From Selaginella moellendorffii (taxonomy: Eukaryota > Plantae > Lycopodiophyta), in NCBI RefSeq assembly GCF_000143415.4, contig NW_003314328.1:895889-959888 (forward strand): a stretch of DNA of 64,000 nt, in the 5' to 3' direction. Positions 24,070 through 37,217 of this stretch are shown here, one piece after another. Every line of letters starts with the position of its first letter. The stretch's first letter is position 1. The notes beneath the pieces were generated by a model, which saw nothing but the letters and a program-made list of their open reading frames with translations, had not been told where the DNA came from and made no database searches. Position numbers and translations under genes: made by a program.

Positions 24070-24350
24070 GGCAGGATTACGAGTTTTGGCTCGGCAGCCA
24101 CTCCAAGATGTTGAAGGAAGCTCAGGTTGGGGCGTCATGCTTCAGTCTCAATGCTGATGCCGAAATGCTCCAATTCTAATCAGATCTTTTATGTGCTTGA
24201 AGGTAAGAGATTGATTTTCTAGTATGTGAATTTTTTTCTCATGCATGCTAAAATTCCGGGATTTTCTCTCTTCGTCCAGGAAATTGTAAAGTAGGACTGA
24301 CTTTTGCGGAGAGTCCCGGCGAATCTATCGCTGTTCCTCACGGCACTGTC
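24070..24350 (+). pseudogene. Truncated 11S/glutelin-like cupin fragment (end of duplication copy 1)
   Basis: Matches 42716-43005 (...HSKMLKEA.VGA...) with deletions. Confidence 0.65.
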
Positions 24351-25152
24351 AACTGGTGGTTTAACTCATTTCATCCTTAAGTTAATCTACAATTGTAACT
24401 CTGCGAACTCTTGGCAGTGGTTGAGAGATGAGGAAGAACTCAAAAAAAATCAAAGCACAAGCCATCCCACTCTTGCCCAGCATTCCAACTCTCAAAATTC
24501 CCAATACTTCCCAATCACTAATCTGGCTCACAAACTAATGAGCTAACACTTGCTCATCCAATGGTGTTGTGGGTAGTTGGATTATACTGTTGAAAAATGG
24601 GCGAAATGAGCTTGATTCTCAACCAGCGACACTTTAGTGACCTCTTATGCACTGTTGTGAGCTCCATCCCAACATGTTTATATCCCTCAGAGTAACAGTG
24701 ATGTTGGTAACTCTCAAGATCTAGAGGCCTTTGATCTTCTCAGCAGCAGTCTTGAACTCCTTGTTGCCAACATTAAGGAGAAGCTAAAGGGAAACGAGTG
24801 ATAGGGATGATTTTCTTCATGGAAAGATTTACATTCAATTTCTTGTTGGTGATATCATATACCCAAAAAGTTGTCAGTGATGCAGTGCTCTGGCATGCTA
24901 ATGGCTTGGCCTACATGGTAAAATAAACTTGCATAATGAGAAAGTTCACAACTTTTCATTTTCCTCTTAGTTTACTCCTTCACACCAACATTCACTTTAC
25001 CCACTAAAACTCTGGAAAAGATGAAGACATTGTTGCTCTCATTGGCTCTAGCTCTGTGTCCACTCTTGAAGAATTAGATGCTTGCTTAAAAAGGGAAATT
25101 AAAATTAAAATCAACATATTTAGAAAAGGAAATATTTATTATATTTTAAAGA

Positions 25153-28100
25153 TGTGAGGGCCAAGTGTACAGCTACAATGCCGTATACTAATATTAGCGT
25201 AGTGGGATTTTGGTAGCCGTCGGATTAGTTTCAATCTGGACCACTCACTCTTGTATATAAGTTAGGGTTTTTGGGCTAATAGATATGCATATTTCTGTAT
25301 TCCCTTTCCATATTCCATGCATTCACATTGGTGGAGGTGAGGGGCACCTTTGATTGTCCCTGGGGAGTGCTTAGATTTGGGATTTCAGTTTAGATCTAGC
25401 TTTTGCATTGTCTAAATCTAGCTTTTTCCATTTCCTTTCTTTTGTTCTTTCCTTTCAGGATTTTGGCTTAGATCTAGCTTTTTGCATTGTCTAGATCTAC
25501 CATTTCTTTCCAGCTTTTTGTCATTTCTCTTCTTTTGCTCTTTCTTTTTCATTCATCTTCATGGCCGATCCGCAATCTCCTCCTTTGACTCTAGAGCAGC
25601 AGTTCGTTCAATTGCTTGATGCTATGCACTTGCAATTGAACAACCAAACTCAGTTGATGGTAGCATTCACGGCACATAGTACAACTCCTCTTGCTCTTGG
25701 TGCCAATCCTCGCGTTTGGCCGGAATTCTTTCGTGGGCATTTTGGGGATGATGTGTACCATTGGTTCGATCACTTCATGGTAATTGCCACATATCATTCT
25801 TGGGATGATGCTTGACGTTTGTGTGAGTTCCCTACATGTCTCCAAGGGACGGCATTGTAGTGGCGATTGTGATGATGCTTTCCAACAATTGCATCGTCTT
25901 CGCCAAGGGCCATCTGAGTTGGTAATGCAATTTGGCGTTCGTTTCCGAAGTTTTTTGCTTCGTGTGGAGCCAAATATATCAAAGCGGATCAAGCTAGGAA
26001 TGTTGTGGCCAGCACTTCGTCAAAATCTTGTCGAACTTGTGCATGCACTTGCTCCTGCCACTCTTGACGATGCTCTTAGCTTGGCACAACGTTATGAGAC
26101 GTCGCCTCTTCCACTTCTTGCTACACGTCCTTCAACTCCACTTCCTATAAGTGATGGTCATGTTCCCATGGAGGTTGATGCTGCTGCTACTCGAGTCCAA
26201 GGATAAGGGCGAGGACGTGGTCGTGGCTGTGATGTTCATTGCTGGGCGTGTGATGAAGTTGGTCATACTTATCGGCGTTGTCGGCGCTTTCCGGATTGGC
26301 GACCTCCATTTCCTGGGTGGAGACCTTGGTGTCAGCAACGTCCTGTTGGTGCTGCTGCGGTGGAAGGTTTGGATACCGAGGTGCATTCGGGAAACGAGGA
26401 GTCGCGCGAGTAATGGAGGGACCTTGCGCGAATAAGTTAGTGACCCCTCCATCTTTCTTTCGGGAGTATCATCAAGGGGTTCACTCGGCACCGGTTCATC
26501 CAGTGTTTACTTTCCAAGCTCGTTTTTATAACAAAAGGTCTCCTATTCTTCTCTCCGTGTTGGTTGATACAGGTTTGAGTTTATCTTCTATTGCTCAACC
26601 TGTTGCCACACGTTGTCGTTTACACTTGCGTCGTGCGGTAGATCCAGTTTTCATTCTTTATGGCAACGGCCGTACACATGCATGTGCACGAGATGAGGCG
26701 GACCTGGTTGTGTATGTGGGTGATCTCGAGCTTGAGTTGCAGTCGTTGCGGGTGGTGCCAAGTTAAGCTTTTGACCTCATTCTTGGTATGGATTGGTTGC
26801 AGCGCAATCATGCCAAGTGTGACTTTGAGGCTTCTCCCCCTTGTCTCATACTTCCTTATGTTTCATCCATTCCTCTTATTTCCATACTTCTTCGTCCCTC
26901 TACTTTTACCTCTGCTTCTATTACTTTTGTTCCCCCACTATTTCCTCTTGTGTTTCCATCTTGTTCTGCTCTTCCCTTTTCCAATCCCTCTGATGATCTT
27001 TGTGTTGCAGCTGTTGACCAGCCTATGAAGGAGTATTCTGATCTCTTTGAATTTGACCTATCGTCTGGGGCCAAGAATGCCACACGTCATCCCATTCCAA
27101 CCGGGGATGCTCGTCCAATCAAGGTTCCTGTTCGTCGTCGGTCACCCAAGGAGATCAAGATTTTACATGCAAACGTCAAGGAGATGTTAGAAAAGGGTGT
27201 TATTCAGAAGTCGCAGAGTCCTTGGGCATGTGAACCTCATCTTGTGACAAAGCTTGATGGGAGTATTCATTTCTGCATCGACTATCGTCCGTTAAATGAA
27301 GTGACGATCCCGGACGTGTACCCTCTTCCTCACACTGCTGATCTCTTGGATTGTTTGGGGCAAAGTCGTTGGTTCACCAAGCTAGATCTTACTTCTGGGT
27401 ATTGGCAAGTACCGATGGCCGAAGAAGATATTTCTAAGACTGCTTTTCGTACACCATTTGGTTTGTACGAGTTCTTGGTGATGCTGTTTGGTTTGAACAA
27501 TGCTCCAACAACTTTTCAACGGATGATGGACGAGGTTATTTGCGATATGCCGGAGGTGACGGCTGACTTCATTGATGATGTCTTGATCCACTCGGAGGGG
27601 ACGTGGGAGGAGCACGTTCGTGATGTTTGTAAAGTGTTAGATCGGCTACGCGACGTTGGTTTAAAGCTGAAGCGGTCAAAATGCGTGTTTGGGTCCAAGG
27701 ACACAACTTATCTTGGGTACCGTATTTCTCGTGAGGGTTTGCAAGTTGATCCTGACAAACTTGTGGCTGTTCTAAAGTTCCTTACTCCGAAGTGTGTGAA
27801 TGATGTGCAGCGCTTTTTGGGTAAGGTGCAGTATCTCGGTCGTTTTGTGGATCATCTTTCCGATCGCACTACACCATTGCAAGCGTTGCTGAAGTCATCA
27901 ACGTCATCTTTCATCTGGTCTCCGGATTGTGAGCGGGCGTTCGTGAATCTCAAAGAGCTATTGACGACTCCTCCGATTTTGGCATATCCTGACTACACTC
28001 AACCTTTTATTTTGCGCGTGGATGCTTCTAACATTAGTCTTGGAGGTGTGTTGATGCAAGAAAGCTCAAGTGTGCCTGGTCAACACCATCCCATTGCATA

Positions 28101-30084
28101 CATAAGCCGTACATTACAACCAGCGGAGATGAGCTACTCCACAACGAAGAAGGAGTGTTTAGCAGCAGTCTGGGGTTTCGAGAAACTTCATGCATATCTA
28201 CATGATTCTCGGACGTTACTTGAAGGTGACCATGCTACTGTTACTTCATTATTGAAGCGGAAGAACCTGGTTGGTCATACGACTCGATGGGCTTTGAAGC
28301 TTCAGATATATGATTTCAATGTTGTTCATCGCCCAGGAAGTTCTATGGCTAATGCTGATGCCCTTTCTCGAGCTCCTCTTCCTTTTCCACTCACTTCTCA
28401 TGTTTCTGACGAACCTGTTGTTCCAGCATCTGTGGATTTTCTAGATGAGGATTCTATGCCGTCTGCGGTTGCTGTCCTTGACGTTCAGTGTCCACAGGGC
28501 GCAAAGCAAGATGTACCTTCTCTTGATGAGGTTCGCGAGGCTCAAAAGATTGAGCTATGAATTCGAAGGCTTCGAGATGGGTTTGAGAATCCTGCATCAC
28601 TTGCTGATGACTTGCCTTTCTGGCATTTACATTCTCAATATCGCCTTGAAGATGGCCTTCTTTATTTTGTGGGGACGGATCTAGATGATCATTTACAGCT
28701 GGTGGTGCCTTCGATGTTTATTCCGCGGTTTCTCCATGCCTACCATGATTCTCCTGTTCTAGGTGGGCATATGGGACACCGTCGTGTCACCGAGAAGCTG
28801 TGCATGTCTTTCTATTGGCTAGAGATGTGACGTGATATTATTCGATATGTGCGTAGCTGCGTTTAGTGCCAAGCTCGTAATACTCCCCCTTGTGCTGCGG
28901 AAGGACGGTTGGAGTCAATTGCAGTTTCCCGTCCGTTTGAGTTGGTGGCGTTTGATCTTATGGGACCTTTTCCACGATCGACTGCTGGCAATGAGTATGT
29001 TATTATTACTTCTGACTACTTGACTCGTTGGGTGGAGGTTGGTGCTCTTGCTAGTGTCTTTGCAACTGCTGTTGGATACTTCCTCCTCAATCGAGTGGTG
29101 TTCCAGCATTCTTGTCCAGAGCGGATTCTTTCGGATAATGGTCCTGCATTTATGGCTGAGGTATTTCATGTTTTGACATCTCAGTTGGGGATACGCCACA
29201 CTTTTACGAGTGCTTATCATCCACAATCAGATGGTTTGGTGGAATGGCTTGTTCGGACATTCAAAGGGATGATTGCGAAGTATATGAACTTTCAGCATTC
29301 GGATTGAGATGGTTATTTGCCGTCTCTTCGGTATGCCTATGTTACAGGGGTGCAAAGTTCTGTTGGTGCTTCACCATATAAACTTCTATATGGTCATGAT
29401 CCAATATTACCAACAGAGCTGGGTTTACCTTCGCGATTGCCACGAGCTCCTGATGCTAGGTCATGGGATCAATATTTGACAAGCATTCTTCCACTTGTCC
29501 GAGCAGAGTCTGCTGAACACTTAGGCCGCATACAAGTGAGACAACAACGGTGCTACAATTCCCATCATCGTCCACCTGCAGAGTACAAAGTGGATGATTT
29601 TGTGTTAGTCTGTTTTCCCCATCTTACGGTATGTGGTTTATCTAAGGGGCTCCTTGCGCAGTGGAAAGGACCGTATCGGGTGTTGCAGCAAGTTGGACCA
29701 CAAGTTTATGAGGTTCGGCATGACATTTAGCAGGCCAATCCTCCGAAGATTGTGCATGTGCAGCAGTTAAAATGCTTCATACAAAGGGATCAGAAGCAGT
29801 TAATACCGTCTACAAATCCGGCGATGCCTCCTCCTGACGTTCCTCCAGAGCCCAGCTCATCTACAAGAGAACTCTGACGGCCTTCCATTATTCCGAGAGG
29901 AGGGGATGATGTGAGGGCCAAGTGTACGGCTATAATGCCGTATACTAATATTAGCGTAGTGGGATTTTGGTAGCCGTCGGATTAGTTTCAATCCGGACCA
30001 CTCGCTCTTGTATATAAGTTAGGGTTTTTGGGCTAATGGATATGCACATTTCTGTATTCCCTTTCTATATTCCATGCACTCACA
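25153..30084 (+). mobile_element. Full-length degenerate Ty3/Gypsy with 175-bp LTRs, 4-bp TSD AAGA and non-Met PBS
   Basis: LTRs 25153-25327 and 29910-30084 (TGTGAG...TCACA); PBS tggtggaggtgagggg; PPT gagaggaggggatga; gag (PMEVD, CWACDEVGHTYRRC), protease VDTG, RT FIDD, RNase H VDAS, integrase SDNG, GPY. No chromodomain seen. Confidence 0.96.
26389..26452 (+). promoter_or_regulatory. Putative -1 programmed ribosomal frameshift signal (G GGA AAC plus H-type pseudoknot) at the gag/pol junction
   Basis: Slippery heptamer 26389-26395 is in gag phase. Stem 1: 26402-26410 / 26423-26431. Stem 2: 26413-26420 / 26445-26452. The -1 frame runs into the protease. Confidence 0.8.
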
Positions 30085-30425
30085 AAGAAAGTTAATAAGT
30101 TAGATAATAGAATATTTTAGAACATTTAAGCATATTTTAGGTATATCCATTATTGTTTGTTTAACAAAAAATCTTAATCATATACTCTACAAAGTTGAGA
30201 TTAGTGAAATAGATAGAATACTTTACTATTAGCTGAATATCTTAAGGCTCTACAATGAGTTACACAATACTAATACATATTTGTCTTTTAAGACTAATAG
30301 ATCACACTAGATGATGATGAAAAGCTGAGGTGAATGGCATTTAAAATTATTGCCATGGTGCAAGATAAGGCTCTAATACAACATTATGGGGAAGAATTGA
30401 ACAACTTATGCAATATGGTCAATTG

Positions 30426-30960
30426 CTAGTCCACCTTAGCAAAAGGCTCCAGGAAAAACCAATATCCTTGAGATGCAATGCGATGCGAATACTTCCACCC
30501 TTTCCGATTCTTGAAAGCTGGGATGAGGATTCCATTCCTGGGCTGCAAGGAAAAGGAGTGGGGATCACCACACGCTTCAAGTTGCGACCCAAGTATGACA
30601 AGTCTTTGATCATGGTTTCCCCTCCTTTGCAAGACACACCGGTACAGGCGGTGAGTGATCAATTCCTCTGGGTCAAGCTTGTCCAGAATCTTGTCTGCAT
30701 AGTACTGCATAGCTGCAGTAAACACAACTATCTTGTAGAGCTTTGCCATGTCTCGCTAGCCAAGCGCTCCAGTGGCACAACTTTCCCGCTGAAGAGCGCC
30801 CCTGTCGGGCATGAATGAGGTTGTCCATGTCCAAAACCAACGTTGGCTTGTTTGGATCCGGTAGAATACATGTAGTAAACTCACCCTTCGTTTTGACCTT
30901 CTTGGGCTGTGGCCTTCTTGGATCTGAAAATCCCAATCTCCATGCTCGCGCTTCATTTTC
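30426..30960 (-). pseudogene. FCP1/SCP-like CTD small phosphatase pseudogene, copy 2
   Basis: Homologous to 10236-10805 with different deletions; LVLDMDN, VFTAAMQYYADKILDKLDP. Confidence 0.85.
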
Positions 30961-31032
30961 GACAGAACTAGAGGTAAACATCAGCCTTTTTGTACTAAGG
31001 GCTGGCTTTAGCTATCCAAACATGATGATCGC

Positions 31033-31759
31033 TTACTTTCTCACTAAGCGAGCCTGGGTAAACTCTTTGAGCTTCTCGATCTGTGGCAGTGCCACTTTGG
31101 CCGAGGGATGCTCGGTCACAGCCCCGAAGAGTTTGTGGAGACGCGGGCATTGCTCCTGGCTCGCGGGCTTCAAGCCCATCACTTGCTCAAGCGCTGGGAT
31201 CCACACCGCAGAGGGTGCCAGCATCACATCCAAGAACGACATGCTCGCGCCACCAAAGAAGGGGCCCTCTTCCTCATCGCCCAGCTCCGCCAGAGCTCCC
31301 TCGAGAAGCAAACAGTCTTGGATGAACTCCTCGTTCACGGCAGCGCCGTTGCTGCGGATGAATCGGTCCAAGGAGTCGGAAATCTGCGTGATCGATAAGT
31401 AAGGAGTTATAGCAGCAAATTTCTCGAAGAAATACCTTCTTCTCGAAGAAATCAGTCCAGAAGCGGTGCTGTGCGCGGAGGAATGCGTCCTGCGGCAAGA
31501 GTGGCGATGTTCCAGGCCAAACCTCGTCGATGTAGTGGACGATGATGGCCGACTCTGCGATGGGCTTGCCCTTGTGGATGAGAACCGGGACCTTCTTGTG
31601 AACTGGATTGGACTCGAGTAGGAGCTTACTCTTGTTACCCAAATCCTGGGAGAGATCTTCGTGCTCGATGCCCTTGAGCAACAGTGCAAGCTTGACTCGC
31701 ATGGAAAAGGGGCTGGGCCAAAAGCTGAGCAGTGTTACATCTTGATCGTGACAAGCCAT
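31033..31759 (-). CDS. GSTU: Tau-class glutathione S-transferase (exons 31759-31436, 31383-31033; 224 aa)
   Basis: MACHDQDVTLLSFWPSPFSMRVKLAL, SNPVHKKVPVLIH; GT-AG intron; intact frame. Confidence 0.92.
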
Positions 31760-32359
31760 GGCTAGATGGAAAATTGAGAAGAAAAGTTAGAAATGCAAAT
31801 GGACTGAGGTTTAATTGGATGAAGGGTCACCTTTTATAACATGTCAGTGCCAAACTTTCTGGACCATTGGATTTAGCCAATTGCAGCCATCTGATGGGGG
31901 TAACTGTAAAAAGGTTATTTCTTTAACCATGTCTTAGTGAATAATTATGCTAACGTTTGTTCCCGGCCAATGGGAGGCAGCCAAGCTGCGTGGGGGGGGA
32001 GAAGAAGGCTTTGCAACATGTCGCATGCAAGGTGTTAATTGTCGAGCGAAGAAAGCACTGTGAAGAATGGGTCACCATTGCTGTTCCTGCTGGGTGATTG
32101 CTCGCCAGCTATCCAATGATGGAATAGTGTGGAGAGCAAGCTGACCGTGACTGCGCCTGTTGCATGTTAAGCGAATTGTTTTTGTTTTGTAATGTTTTTC
32201 TAGGGTTTATGACCTTGCTGCTGCTGCCAATTCACAATCCAAATTTAAGGCACTGTGTCAATGCCACTGGAATGATGTCTTTGCTCCCAAAAACCCCATT
32301 GCAAGTTCTCATTTTTTTTCCCCATCACTTGGCTTTTTTTCATTCTGTTCTTCTTTTCC

Positions 32360-33516
32360 TAGATGAATATTTGAACCAAGAAGCAGAGAATGCAAAGACA
32401 TTATCGCTGCAACAGCACATCATGTCCCCACCATGCTTCCAGATTCCTAAGAGAGCTAGGTAGGATATGTTGTTATTTTTCATTTTTCTTTCATAACTTT
32501 GGTATTTTCATACAAGATGTGTCTCCACTTTTGGCTCTTCATTGTGTTACTGTGAGGAGTTCCATCAAATCAAGGTATTTGTGGTGCATAGAATTTGTAT
32601 GATCTTCATTCTTACTCCACTATCAGGAAATAGGATGAGGTAATTTTAGCTATGTTTATAAAGTTCTCAAAAGACTTGATGGCTGCCTTTAGCATTCCAA
32701 TTGGCATCTGCTAAATGAGGGAGATCGGTTTGTCACTATATTTGAGAGACGATGGTATTGATTTGGCAAATTTTTCTCTTTGCAGGAGGAAAGCATTGAG
32801 AGAAGTTCAAACACTTTTGTGTCTTGGTGAGTTGGCTTTTTTCTTTCAGTATTACCACTAGCTTCCTCAAAACTTATCCAGCTTCCAGGTTGCCATGAAA
32901 ACATAGTGTTCTACTTCTCTTCATGGTTTGAGAATGACTTTTTATATATCCAAATGGAGCTGTGCAAGATGAATCTATGAGATGAGAGCTTTGCATGGAC
33001 ATTCACGGAGAAGAAGCTGACTGAGGCAATGTTTCAAGTAAGCAGCTCAATTCTATTCTTTTCTTATGACAGCTCTTAAACACTTTCAAGCACTTACACT
33101 CACATGGCCTCACTCACCTGGACGTGAAGCTTGACAAGATTTACATCTGCAATCGTGTCTACAAGATTGGCAACTCAGGCCTTGCCAGTTGAATCGATGG
33201 AACCATTTCCATCGAAAATGGCAACTTGAGATATCTCCCAATGGAGTTCATCAACAATGATCACAGCCACCTCGACAAAGTTGACATGTTTTCCCTGGGG
33301 GTGACATTCCACGAGCTCACGAGATGCTCGCCACCACCAGCATCTGGAAGGCAGTATCAAGCCATCCACCAGGGAAAGCTCACTCTTCTTCCTGGATTCT
33401 CTCTTGCATTCCAAAGTTTCATCAAGTCTCTGATGCATCCAGCAGCAAAAAATCGCCCCTCGGCTGCTCAAGCTCTCAAGAATGCACTCTTCAAGAAGTC
33501 TATCAGGAATTGCTAA
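32360..33516 (+). pseudogene. WEE1: WEE1-like protein kinase pseudogene (introns retained)
   Basis: EIG*GNFSYVYKVLKRLDGC, CHENIVFYFSSWFENDFLYIQMELC, HLDVKLDKIY, RYLPMEFINNDHSHLDKVDMFSLG, GKLTLLPGFS. Stops and degenerate catalytic motifs. Confidence 0.85.
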
Positions 33517-33849
33517 ACTTTCTGGGCTGCTGGATCTAGCCAATCGCAGCCATCTGATGGGGGGGTAACTGTAAAGGGCTTATTTTTTTAACCATGTGTT
33601 TGGGAATAATCACACTGATGTTTGCTCCTGGCCAATGGGAGGTGGCCAAGCTGTGTGGGGGAGAGGAAGGTGCAGCAATGCGTGCCACATGCATGTGTTC
33701 TGTAGCAGATCTTGCTGGAGTTCCAGCCCTCCTGCTAGAGGTCACGGAAAAGATCCAGTGCTGATCAATGCAATCTGGGATTGTGGGCGATGCCAGTGAT
33801 CACTGCTGTCTAAGAGACTAGATTTAGATCCAGCATGGCATGGAAGATC

Positions 33850-35310
33850 GCAATTGCAATTGCGGGGCCAAGATGGCTGAATTGGATGTAGCTCGTGAGG
33901 ATGGTGTTCCAGAACACTATGCTGCTCTCTTGCACTAGAGAGGAGTCTTGCACAAATGCCTATTCGAGGCCAATGCTGTGATCATGGCATTGTAGCTCGA
34001 TTTGAGAGAAGATCTGCCACACCTCTGCAACATCCACAATCCAGGCATACACATCGATGATCGCTCTGATCGCGCTACGGTCCCAACTCTCCGGGCTCAA
34101 GCGATCAAACAGCACCCTGGCTTCCTTGATCCTCCCGAACTGAGCGTATGCCTCACCTAGTCCTTGAGCATGGAGATTGCGGAGTTGGGCGATGCAAATC
34201 GATCAAAGAGGAGCTTGGCCTGCTCAATCCTGCCACCAACGCAAGTGCTGTGACCATGGCATTGATCGTCAGGGCGTTGTGATGGGGCATCAGACCAAAG
34301 AGGAGCTGCGCCTCATTGAGATTGCTGCTCCTCATGTAGCCAGAGATGATTGCATTCCATGCCGCCACAACACACTGCGGCATGGAATTGAAGAGTGCAC
34401 ATCTGGCCCCATGTGGCGTGGGCAGAGATCATCAATGTCTACAATACCATGTCTCGATCACGCATGGAATCAAACACTTTTCGAGCATTGCCCACTCAAT
34501 CACTCGCGAGGTAGGCAGCCAGGGAGTGAGTTCCACACGACCATGTTGTGCGACTCTATGAAATCAAACAAAATCTTTGTGTCCATGGCCAGTCCCTACT
34601 GTGCATAAGCTCTGATCATTGTGCTCCAGGAGACAGGGTTTCTCTGTGGCATCACAGCAAAGAGCGCTTGAGCCTCACGGATATGGCCACAAGAACCCAT
34701 TGCTGTGATCATCAAGTTGTGTCTCTGAAAGGGATTCTCTGAAATATCATGATTGCATCGTTGATCCTCCCAGACTCTGCAATCGCACCCAGGAGGCTGT
34801 TCCACAAGCAGCAGTCCCACTCGGGCATCTCAAAGAAAACAATTGCCATTTGCCCATTCGTGGCATTTGCCATATTCATAGAGCTCCAAGAAGTTATAGT
34901 TCGTAATGGCATAGAATCAAATAGATCCTTCACATTTTCTAAATCATTTCTTGATGCCAAAACTGATATCATTGTTGTATATGACGAAACATCTCGCTCT
35001 GGCATCTCATTGAAGAGGGCATTGGCTTCCTCCAGATGCCAATTTTGGGCATAGCACAAAAGCATCATGTTCCAACGGATGATGTCTCTATGTGCCAGTG
35101 CAAGAAAAAAAGTTTTCATTTTATCAACCATTCTGCAATCTGCATAGGCAGTGATCATCATTATCCATGACATGAGACTGTAGAAAGGCATCCCATCAAA
35201 CAATCACCATGCCTCCTCCAGATCCCCAGCCATGGCAATTGCTGCAATAACAACATTCCAGCTGACAAGATTCTTCATTGGGTTTTTCTGAAACATCTGC
35301 CTGGCCTCAA
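33850..35310 (-). pseudogene. PLS-type pentatricopeptide repeat pseudogene
   Basis: Repeated LF..MP.R.VSW..MI.AYAQ motifs across shifting frames. Confidence 0.85.
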
Positions 35311-36344
35311 ATAATCATGAATAATGATGTTAATGTTTGCTCTTAGCCAATAGGAGGTGGCCAATTGATCAGCATTAATATTCAACCTTTTGTAGTGGAG
35401 ATTTGCTGTGTTATTTAGATCTTATAATTCTCTCTAAGGAATTTGATAATTTTCTATGAAAAAACAGATGCATATAGTTATTTTTTCAATTCTTCTTTCA
35501 AAGTGGAATATAATATATGTTATTTTAATACTATTTTAATTTAATTTTTAATGTAATAGAACTATGATAATCAAAATAATGTTTACTAACTGGGCAGCAT
35601 ATATTGGGCAATGACTAGTGGGAAATAATACTGTTTTTTTTCTTTTTTGGGAAACAAAATTTGGTAGCATAACATTATATTTATGAAACCACTTATGGGG
35701 TACGTGCCACAACGTTTGACCTTTCTGCTAGAGCATTCTTACGTCTGTGAGTTTTATCTGATGATCTGACCCAAAAGATTGATATCCCAATCAACTGTCA
35801 CCCAATGTCTCACTTCACCTGAGTGCTTACAACAATGTTTCTGCTATTGGTCTCTTTTTTTCTGGCAAACCAGAGTATGTTCCACAAATCATGAACATTA
35901 GAAGTGATTGCAATACTTGTCCTATTGCTCTCATTTGTGTGTGCATTTGGAGGTTTGCCATTTTGTGCTCTTCAGAACATCTCTAGAGAGATCACAGGTT
36001 GGGCGATGACCATTTGCCAAGTTTCAAATCAAAGAAAAACACTAAATAAAAAGTGCACCAAATCTAAGATGTTTGCCTTCAAGAGATGGCTAACCTTGGT
36101 TGTCTCCACACAACCTGTGGGATAGATCATATCAAGGATTTGGCACTCTGGAGAGAAAGCATCCCTTCTTGTTGATGAAATCGGTCTAAAATGGTGCTAT
36201 GCACGGAGGAGTGCATCCTGCGGCAAGAGTGGCCTTGTTTCGTATGTGAATTTCCGAGAAGGCAGACGGACTTAGAGATACGTAATGTACTCTACCACGT
36301 AAAGAATATTCTAATAAAATTAAGCATATTCTTTTTTCTCTCTA

Positions 36345-37050
36345 TCACTTTCCTCTGTACACCGCGGAGCGAGCCACGAGAAACTCTTTGAGCGCCTCGA
36401 CTGTGGGCAGCGCGAGCTTGGCAGCGGGATGCGCGAGCACGGCCTGGAAGAAGTTGTGGAGACGCGGGCACTGCTCCTGGCTCGCGGGCTTCAAGCCCAT
36501 CACGCCCGCAATCCCTGGGATCCACACCGCGTAGGGGGCGAGCATCACATCCAAGAACGACATTCTCACTCCGCCAAAGAATGGGCCTTCTTCCTCATTG
36601 CCCAGCTTCGTGAATGCTCCCTCGAGAAGCTCGCAGTTCTCGATAAACTCCTCGTTCTTGGCGTCTCCACGCATGAATCGCATCAAGCAATCCAGAAGCT
36701 GTGCGATGGATCACATCAGGGATGTGTGGCTCTAGAGACGCATACCTTCTTGTCGATGAAATCCGTCCAGAAGCGATACTCTGCGCGGAGGAGAGCGTCC
36801 GGAGGCAGCAGTGGAGATTCTCCGCGTTAGACCTCGTCGATGTACTGAACTGAACAATAATGACCGATTCCACAATGGGCTTCCCATTGTGGATGAGAAC
36901 CGGGACCTTCTTGTGGATTGGATTGGATTCGAGCAGGAGCTGGCCCTCCTGGGGGAGATCATCGTGCTCGATGCCTTTGAGTAGCAATGCAATCTTTACT
37001 CGCAGAGAAAAGTGGCTCACCCGGGAGCTGAGCAGCGTCACGCCTTCCAT
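36345..37050 (-). pseudogene. Tau GST pseudogene (copy of 18001-18713)
   Basis: 12-nt deletion, 5-nt duplication (ctgaa) causing a frameshift, and a TGG>TAA stop in exon 1. Exon 2 is nearly identical to copy 1. Confidence 0.88.
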
Positions 37051-37217
37051 GGATCCGGAATGGATTGGAAAATGAGGTCTCGAGAGAACAGTAGAATTCT
37101 AGAATGCGATCAATCCAAACAGTAGTGACATTGTCATTATGTTATCTGATCAATGTTTTAGCTATCAATATGCTCAATCAAGATATGGCTGGAAAAGTGT
37201 TATTCATGCAAAGGTTT

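Larger units (their letters stand above)
31875..35366 (+). repeat. Three dispersed direct copies of a CCAAT-containing motif (~31875-32030, ~33537-33690, partial ~35320-35366)
   Basis: tagccaat.gcagccatctgatggggg.taactgtaaa...gaataat...tgtttg.tcc.ggccaatgggagg..gccaag recurs. Confidence 0.8.

Noticed and set aside
24540-25060. Coding-like degenerate sequence on the minus strand
   Set aside because: Contains stops and no motif I can assign.
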